A stretch of DNA of 64,000 bases, taken from the NCBI GenBank assembly GCA_963841435.1, contig CAWJCS010000003.1:1088001-1152000 (forward strand). The letters are read 5' to 3'. The DNA comes from an uncultured delta proteobacterium. Lineage in GTDB: Bacteria > Myxococcota_A > Polyangia > Polyangiales > Polyangiaceae. The notes below the pieces were generated by a model that had not been told where the DNA came from, did no database searches, and saw nothing but the letters and a program-made list of their open reading frames with translations. The translations under genes and the position numbers were made by a program. Shown here in pieces: positions 57,991 to 64,000 of the stretch (the stretch's first letter is position 1; the number at the start of each line of letters is the position of its first letter).

Positions 57991-58656
57991 ATGCCTCCCC
58001 CTAGCCAAGTCACGTGGAGCGACCTCACCCATGTGAACCACGAGAAGGCGTGGAGCGTGCTCCAGCGCATGGATCGCGAAGCGATGTTGATCGTCCTGTC
58101 GCGGGCGCTTCGTTGCCTCGCCGCGGACCAGCTTGAGACGGTCTTCCGTGACTACGCCTGGCCGCATGAGGTCGGCGAGGTCGGAGAACCCCAGAGCCGC
58201 CCGCTCATGCTGGCCGTGCGCGAGTTCACGGATGCTGCCCTGCGCGGCGACTACTACCAGGACTTCTTCGTGAACTCGCAGAACTTCATGAGCAAGTCGC
58301 GAAAGACGCAGGACTTCGGCGCGAAGCTCGACGCCTTGTTCGACCGCTGCGTCGCCGAAGCGGCCCACACCGAACCAGCGCAAGTGTGCGGCGCGTACGA
58401 GTTGCTCTTCGACCTTCTCCGCGAGATCGACAAGTTCGAGAAGGACATCGTCTTCTTTGCCGACGAGGGCGGGGTCTGGCAGTTCGGCATCCAGTGGAAG
58501 CGAGTCCTACCGGGCTACTTTCGCTGCCTGCACCTCGCGTTCGGCCCTGAGGAAGCGGTGCGGCGAGCCGAAACCTTCATTGAGGAGATCCTGGATCCTT
58601 GCGATCGTGGCGGCGCACGGGAGATGCTTCGCCAAACCGCAAGGACACCACCGTGA
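57991..58656 (+). CDS. Hypothetical protein
   Basis: Globular composition (GDYYQDFFVNSQNF, IVFFADEGGVWQFG); GTGA coupling to the next ORF. Confidence 0.6.
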   Translation: MPPPSQVTWSDLTHVNHEKAWSVLQRMDREAMLIVLSRALRCLAADQLETVFRDYAWPHEVGEVGEPQSRPLMLAVREFTDAALRGDYYQDFFVNSQNFMSKSRKTQDFGAKLDALFDRCVAEAAHTEPAQVCGAYELLFDLLREIDKFEKDIVFFADEGGVWQFGIQWKRVLPGYFRCLHLAFGPEEAVRRAETFIEEILDPCDRGGAREMLRQTARTPP

Positions 58657-59354
58657 ACTACGAAACCTTCCGTGCTGCGTGGGCGAACGCCCTCCGTGAG
58701 TCCCGTCTCCCGATGATCGGCCTCCACGGAAACGAGACGCTCGATCTGCGATCCCTGGATCGTGAGCACAAGATCTACGTCGAGCCACTCGGAGGCCAGG
58801 ACGCGCCGCCTTTCCACGTCACGGCGACGCTTTCGTGGAGCTGGCACGCTCTGCAAACGGCTCGTGCCGGCACAAGAGACGAGGACGTCCTCAGCGAGAT
58901 GCTCGGACGTGATCAGGCCGAGGGCCTCGTCACGGAGAAGCCCTGCGTCCGGGTCAACATCAAGCTCTCGGCCCGAGCGCCCTACGACAAGCCGCTACCG
59001 ATGCCCTCGAAGGCGGCCTGGGCGAAGTGGGTTTTCGAGGCGGTCCGGCGCCTTGATCACGTGGAGCCCCTGCTCCCCGACGAGCTGGTGCGTGAGAACC
59101 GCATGGGCATGACCGAAGTGCTCGCGTGGCAACAGGCGCCGAAGGTCACGGCGGTGTGCAGCCCGACCGGCGACCTCTTGCTCGAAGCTGTCGAGATTTC
59201 GGCCGGTCAGATCATCGAGTTGCCGAGGGTGATCGACGGCTCCGACGGCGACGCCGATGAAGACCCAGAGGTCCAGCTCACCGAACTCTTCGAGCGCGTC
59301 CGTGCGTCGCTCTCTGCGTGGATGCAGGCGGTGGATCACCTGAGGCCGAGGTAG
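58653..59354 (+). CDS. Hypothetical protein
   Basis: GTG start overlaps the upstream TGA; normal composition. Confidence 0.6.
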   Translation: MNYETFRAAWANALRESRLPMIGLHGNETLDLRSLDREHKIYVEPLGGQDAPPFHVTATLSWSWHALQTARAGTRDEDVLSEMLGRDQAEGLVTEKPCVRVNIKLSARAPYDKPLPMPSKAAWAKWVFEAVRRLDHVEPLLPDELVRENRMGMTEVLAWQQAPKVTAVCSPTGDLLLEAVEISAGQIIELPRVIDGSDGDADEDPEVQLTELFERVRASLSAWMQAVDHLRPR

Positions 59355-59416
59355 CAGGAGGCTGCCTGCGTTCGCCCCGGGGGGCGACGACGCAACCCCG
59401 TGGTAACCACTGGCCG

Positions 59417-59935
59417 GTGTTCACGCTCCGTTGCACCGCGAAGCTCCTCAAGCGGCTCAAGATCTCGGCTGATCCGACGCCGCCGCGGTCCACGACCAAG
59501 CTCGGCGACTGGTATGCGAACCTACTCTACGTCGACCGGCAGCAGCTCATCTTGTGCGTGAGCGAGGTCACGCTGCTCCCCGTGCTCCTGCGAGCGCGAG
59601 GGGACAGGCCGCTGGCAGCCAGGCTGCCGAGCGCGGTGGGCGAGATGCTCACGGCTCTCGGCATCCCGGAACGCACCGTGCGCGAGGAGACCGCCGAGAT
59701 GAACGAGGTCACGATCGCCGCGACCGCGAGCCGCAGCGTGCTCGGGTCGATGAACGACTTCGTCTACCTCTTCGACGGGTACTGGGACCCCGATGAGACG
59801 CTGCTCCGTATCGCGCTCCGAATTGCGGAGGCTCCATGCCGGCCACTGAAGATGGAGAGGCCGAAGGATGTCGTCATCGAAACCCTCGGCGTCGGCCCTA
59901 TCGCCAGGGGCCGCCCGGAGCCCACGTCAACGTGA
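59417..59935 (+). CDS. DUF6933-like protein
   Basis: LRCTAKLLKRL, LGDWYANL, TLLPV, T.SRSVLGSMNDF pattern, recalled for this family. Confidence 0.65.
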   Translation: MFTLRCTAKLLKRLKISADPTPPRSTTKLGDWYANLLYVDRQQLILCVSEVTLLPVLLRARGDRPLAARLPSAVGEMLTALGIPERTVREETAEMNEVTIAATASRSVLGSMNDFVYLFDGYWDPDETLLRIALRIAEAPCRPLKMERPKDVVIETLGVGPIARGRPEPTST

Positions 59936-60824
59936 ACGAGTCGGGCCCGTTCCCCGCGCGAAGGACTGGCAGCACGAAATCCCGCAGCGCGGCGATGAGC
60001 CGACCGAGGGGCGGCGCTTCCTTCTGCAACCTCGCCCGACGCACGAAGGCCGCCCATTGCGCAACCTTCGTGTCGTCCGTCGCGAACTCGTCTGTAAGAC
60101 CAGTGGGTATCGCCTTGGGAAGCTCCGTCTGCCGCCGCTCGAACGTGGCGCGAACCGCATCAACCAGCACCTGCCCGTCGAAGGCGTACTCGGTGGAGAG
60201 GAACCACAGGTCGTAGAAGTCCTTCATGCGGCTGTTCGCCAGGCCAAGCTCGACAAGCGCGTGAAGCTTCTCGGCGATCGTCAACTCCCGCGCGTATACC
60301 TTCAGCTTCGGCGGCGGGAGATCCAGCAGCACAGGCAGCTCCGTCTCGCGGGGCTCGGGGACTGTTGTGTCACCGAATCCAACGTCGACCTGCACCGGGA
60401 TCTCCGCCGTACCGAGCGTCGCTAGAAAACGGAGCCGGATGCCATCGTAGAGAGCTTCTTCCCGAATCGACTCCGCGACGATCGTATCGCCGAGGAACGT
60501 GATCCCGTCATCTGGAACGGCCACTCGACAGACCTCACGGAAGATCTCGGCAAGGCGGGCCGGGTCGGGGGTACCGCTTCCAAGAAGGTCGAGGTCCTTG
60601 GTTGCTCGGTGTGGCCGCGCCGACCAGATGACGAAGAGAACGGCGCCTTTCAGCACGAACTCGCCCGCGTGCGCTGACGCACCAAGCCGGTACAGAAGCC
60701 GCTCGATGACGTAGCGCACGAGCAGCGCATTGAAGTCCTCACCTGCTTCGCGGGCCCGCTGAAGGAGGCGTGCCTTCACCGAGTGGGCGACGTTCGTCGG
60801 CGGTGTACCCTTCTTCCGCGTCAT
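59898..60824 (-). CDS. abiEii: AbiEii-family nucleotidyltransferase toxin (type IV TA)
   Basis: ERLLYRL, FVLKGA, RATKDLDL, VDVGFGD, AEKLHA, NSRMKDFYD. Confidence 0.9.
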   Translation of the reverse strand: MTRKKGTPPTNVAHSVKARLLQRAREAGEDFNALLVRYVIERLLYRLGASAHAGEFVLKGAVLFVIWSARPHRATKDLDLLGSGTPDPARLAEIFREVCRVAVPDDGITFLGDTIVAESIREEALYDGIRLRFLATLGTAEIPVQVDVGFGDTTVPEPRETELPVLLDLPPPKLKVYARELTIAEKLHALVELGLANSRMKDFYDLWFLSTEYAFDGQVLVDAVRATFERRQTELPKAIPTGLTDEFATDDTKVAQWAAFVRRARLQKEAPPLGRLIAALRDFVLPVLRAGNGPDSFTLTWAPGGPWR

Positions 60825-61429
60825 GTCATCGCCTCCAGGTACGCTCGAAGCGTGCGTTCAACCCGACAGAATCGAGCAGCCTCGAAAAGATCATCCATCG
60901 AGCGACGACTTCGCCGGTAGTCGCGCAGAGCCTGAACGGCAACGTCAACACCGATCTTGTTCCGGTACTTGAGGCAATCGGCCACCGTCTTGGCAGGCGA
61001 CGTCACGCGGACACGGACGCCGTCGATGGACCGTTGGGTGACACCGAACGAGAGCACCTCGGAAGACCACCACACGACCTCTAGCGGCGGCCAGTCGAGC
61101 TGGGGCAGGCGTGCCTTGCGATCGATGGCCAGCCACACCTTCGACGGATTCTGGTCCGTGAGGTCGTGGAGGCGCAGAGCGGTGAGCAGGCAGACCACGC
61201 CGCCGGGGACGCGCTTCGCCACTTGGACCAGCGACTCGGACTCGCTGACCTCGCGACCGGGCAGGGCGTAGAGCCCACGGCCCACCCTCTCCAGCTTCCC
61301 GGCTTTGGCGAGGCGGAGAACCGTGGCTCTGGGGATACCGGCTCGCTCGAAGTCACGAAGGCGTGCGACCCTGTTTCTCCGCAGGATCTTGGCTGCTCCA
61401 GCAGCGGCGCTCGATCGTTTAGTCGGCAT
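60821..61429 (-). CDS. abiEi: AbiEi-family antitoxin / transcriptional regulator
   Basis: L.RL...GKLERVGRGLY, VCLLTAL.LHDLT, SPAKTVADC.KYRNKIG.DVA; ATGA coupling to the toxin gene. Confidence 0.9.
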   Translation of the reverse strand: MPTKRSSAAAGAAKILRRNRVARLRDFERAGIPRATVLRLAKAGKLERVGRGLYALPGREVSESESLVQVAKRVPGGVVCLLTALRLHDLTDQNPSKVWLAIDRKARLPQLDWPPLEVVWWSSEVLSFGVTQRSIDGVRVRVTSPAKTVADCLKYRNKIGVDVAVQALRDYRRSRRSMDDLFEAARFCRVERTLRAYLEAMT

Positions 61430-61447
61430 GTTTACAAATGTGCCGAC
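61422..61447. promoter_or_regulatory. Inverted repeat over the abiEi start codon; candidate autoregulatory operator
   Basis: GTCGGCA-N12-TGCCGAC within an AT-rich patch. Confidence 0.5.
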
Positions 61448-61948
61448 ATATTGGATCGTTGTAACAAGGCCGGCAAGCCAATCCGGCCTCAGCGGCGACT
61501 GAACTTCCCGCAGGGGGCGCCCATACGCGGGGCCGTCCGATGCCACGCGCCCCGAGACCTTGCGGTGCCCGGCCGGGGTCAACCCCGCTACCGGAACATC
61601 ACGAGCGGGTTCGGCTTCATCATGGAGATCCTCGCGCTCGGAGCCCGTTGAGATCCGCCACTACGGGACCGGGCCTGCGCTCGGCTTCCCAATGGGGAAC
61701 GCGATCGTGGCGCTCCACCTCCAGGAAGGGTCCCGCGGCCCGACGGCCCACTCGTACCATGCGCGAGCGTTGGCTCTCCCGCTCGCGCAGCGGATTCATC
61801 GCCGCGACGGGAGTGATTGGATTGGCCAGCAGGAGGATGACCGACGAAGTGCGCACACGCCTCCACGGCGTTGAGCCACCGGCGAGAAACCGGGCCAAGC
61901 GTCGCCCCACTTCTCGGCGCGGCTCGAATCGACTAAGGTCTCCCGCCC

Positions 61949-62335
61949 ATGAGCCCCCGCATCCAAGCCATCGTCACCAAGTTCGTCGAGGACCTCACAG
62001 CCGCAATCCAAGAAGAAGGCGCCGCCGCCTTCAAGGCCGCCATCGCAGGAGACGACGGCCCGCTTCCAATCCCCTACCGCCGAGGCAAGCCGGGCCCGAA
62101 GCCGAAGGCCGGCAAGCGACCAAAAGGGGCGAAGAGGACTGCCGAGGAGATCGACACCCTGACGAAGAGCCTGCTCACGGCGATCAAAAAGAAGCCCGGT
62201 CAGCGTATCGAGGAGATTGGCAAGGCCATGAGCGTGAGCACCAAGGACCTCGCGCTGCCGGTCGCGAAGCTGTTCGATGCGAAGGCGATCAGGACCACCG
62301 GAACTCGCAGAGCGACGAAGTATTTTCCGAGGTGA
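61949..62335 (+). CDS. Small basic winged-helix DNA-binding protein
   Basis: N-terminal helix, Lys/Pro linker, IKKKPGQRIEEIGKAMSVSTKDL..P..KL.....I.TTG.RRATKYF. Confidence 0.7.
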   Translation: MSPRIQAIVTKFVEDLTAAIQEEGAAAFKAAIAGDDGPLPIPYRRGKPGPKPKAGKRPKGAKRTAEEIDTLTKSLLTAIKKKPGQRIEEIGKAMSVSTKDLALPVAKLFDAKAIRTTGTRRATKYFPR

Positions 62336-62345
62336 CGAGCGGACT

Positions 62346-62777
62346 TCAGAACAAGCCGCGCTGCCCGCTCGGCTTGTTCTTGGTGATGCTCTGCCAAATC
62401 TTGTCTCCCCGCTCGCTCTTCGACGCATAGACCAAGTAGTAGAGCGGCAGGTTCACGAGGACGCCGGCAAGCACGGCTCCCGTCTGAATGTCCTGGCACG
62501 CCTCGGCGACCGCTGGAAGATCGTCGCCGATGATCACCGCGGCATCCGACCAGAATTGAACCTGAGGCAGCGTCTTCGGCATCGACCTGCCCCGGTGAGA
62601 GTTCCGGCGAAGGTCCGCTGCCGCAGATACGAAGCCGTCATAGGCGCGGGCAGCCTCCGCCCAGTCCTGCACGACTCGGCTGCCGAAACCGAGGAGGTCC
62701 ACGAAGGCCACGTATTGCTCCCGCTTCTCTGCCATCAGCTTCGAGAGAATCCCGGAGTAACTGTCGCGCTTGGTCAT
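62346..62777 (-). pseudogene. Chimeric remnant: nucleotide-cyclase-like N-terminus joined to a TcmP-like C-terminal tail
   Basis: YVAFVDLLGF...FWSDAAVI followed abruptly by PLYYLVYASKSERGDKIW..I.....GQRGLF. Confidence 0.45.
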
Positions 62778-62914
62778 CGTGCTCGGCCCCGGGTCCAGCT
62801 TCCTCTAACTGCTCGCGTCGTCCGTGAAACGATAGCAGCCGCTCGGCAAAAGCGTTCGTAAGGAAGGCCCCGTCGGGATGCCCACGGTCAGTATTCGGAC
62901 CAGATCGGCGCCGT

Positions 62915-63445
62915 TTGACGCTGGGGAACCTCTACCTGACGAGCATCGACGCCGAGCTGCTCGCTGACGATGCGCCCCGGCTCGTGGGGCTGAGCGAGGA
63001 GACCACCTGCTACGTCACGCCCGAAGCCTTCGAAGGGGAGCCGTTCGCAGACTTCGTTGTCCATGAGGCCGCGCACATTTTCCACAACTGCAAACGGAGG
63101 ACCGTCGGTCTCACCGAGACGCGCACCAAAGAGTGGCTGCTCGACATCGAGTTCCGGAAGCGGGAAACGTTCGCGTACTCATGCGAGGCGTACTCCCGTG
63201 TGCTCGCTCGAGCGGCGAGCCCGAAGAAGCGAAGGGACCTCGCGGAGGAGTACGGTCGGAAGGTTCGAATCTCCGAAGACCGCGTGGATCCGGATGAGGT
63301 CGCGAGCATCGTCGTCGAGGCAGCGTCCTTGAGGAACGGGTGGAAGGTGATTCTCTCGAGGTGCGCCCCCCTACGACGTGCCAGCCGGGTTGCGACCGGG
63401 TCCGCGATGCTGGCCGAGGTGGACGCGGCCATCGTGAACTCGTGA
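62915..63445 (+). CDS. Hypothetical protein with an HExxH motif, probably 5'-truncated
   Basis: DFVVHEAAHIFHNCKR; weak TTG start. Confidence 0.5.
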   Translation: MTLGNLYLTSIDAELLADDAPRLVGLSEETTCYVTPEAFEGEPFADFVVHEAAHIFHNCKRRTVGLTETRTKEWLLDIEFRKRETFAYSCEAYSRVLARAASPKKRRDLAEEYGRKVRISEDRVDPDEVASIVVEAASLRNGWKVILSRCAPLRRASRVATGSAMLAEVDAAIVNS

Positions 63446-63747
63446 CGCCGAAGACCTTCGAGGGTTACTGGCGCATCACGGAGACCGCCTTGTGGGACCG
63501 GGATGCGCTCGACATGATGGCTCCAGCGCACATCTCGTTTGGCGAGTCCTGCACGCTCGGGATGATCGCGATCACGGCGAGCCTCGACTGCAAGTACGAG
63601 GCCGACCGCGTCGAGTTCTCGTGTCTGGGCGATGACGACGGTGATTTGCTCGCCGGCAGGGGATGGGCCGAGATCGACGTGGCGGGCACCCTGAACGGCA
63701 TGTTGTTCATCCATGACGGCGACGAGAGCGGATTCACTGCCGAGAGG
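63442..63747 (+). CDS. Small conserved-looking beta-barrel hypothetical protein whose stop codon has been lost (absent from the ORF track)
   Basis: The GTG at 63442 gives FEGYWRITETALWD...VEFSCLGDDDGD...GRGWAEI...L.G.LFIHDGDESGFTAER, then continues out of frame across integrase DNA. Confidence 0.55.
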
Positions 63748-63802
63748 TCGGAACCGGGTCTTCCCTGCCGAGGCCCTTCCCAGGTACCGCCGCCGTCGTG
63801 CC

Positions 63803-64000
63803 GGACTCCCTCTCTCGACCGACCACGCGGGCCACAAGCTCCGGGAAGCCTTGACGCTGGCCGGACAGGAACGCCCGAAGCTCTTCCAACGCGACGTGAA
63901 CCGGATCCCCATGCGAGCCCACGACCTGAGAGCAACGTTCGTCACGCTCGCTCTGGCTCTCGGGAAGACGGAGGACTGGGTGACGCGCAGAACCGGTCAC
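63803..64000 (+). pseudogene. Tyrosine recombinase/integrase C-terminal fragment, running off the window
   Basis: Frame from 63821 translates DHAGHKLREALTLAGQERPKLFQRDVNRIPMRAHDLRATFVTLALALGKTEDWVTRRTGH (HxLR...GH box II). No integrase N-terminus upstream. Confidence 0.85.

Larger units (their letters stand above)
57129..64000. mobile_element. Decaying tRNA-Leu-targeted genomic island; right end lies outside the window
   Basis: Begins at the tRNA fragment and carries an AbiE TA pair, a DUF6933-like gene, truncated and chimeric ORFs and a tyrosine integrase fragment. Confidence 0.7.

Noticed and set aside
61500-61874. Protein-like fragments upstream of abiEi
   Set aside because: They are split across frames and cannot be assigned to a family; probably island debris.

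Overview
High-GC bacterial DNA that looks myxobacterial (Polyangiaceae/Sorangiineae-like). This is inferred from the Gly/Ser-linker lipoproteins, Cys-rich repeats, the DUF2378-type and DUF1592/DUF1552-type genes and the integrase style. From left to right: (1) a surface-glycan locus with four SAM methyltransferases, a multi-TM GT-C-like protein and CDP-sugar enzymes (1-8.2 kb); (2) a DUF1080 protein, a HiPIP and a hybrid kinase; (3) a DUF2378 - ThDP enzyme - atypical KAS III - hybrid kinase cassette (12-17.4 kb), a candidate small-molecule signal synthesis and sensing unit; (4) an ECF sigma/anti-sigma/outer-membrane protein/lipoprotein module and a second ECF; (5) a XylR-type regulator followed by a seven-gene pectin locus: PL3, CE8-like, PL9 and GH28 enzymes plus two Cys-rich proteins, all predicted lipoproteins, and a porin, with no SusC/D (21.7-33.8 kb); (6) a DUF1592/DUF1552 pair; (7) an MBOAT, a stand-alone DltX-like peptide and an SGNH-like protein; (8) USP, GabD, PuuR-like, GNAT and nitrilase genes; (9) secreted hydrolases; (10) a decayed tRNA-Leu(TAG) att remnant at about 57.1 kb that opens a decaying island with an AbiE toxin-antitoxin pair and a tyrosine-integrase fragment at the window end. 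Four +1 frameshifts look like sequencing errors, and three of them fall at or beside GATC. All family assignments come from motif recognition by eye; no searches were run.
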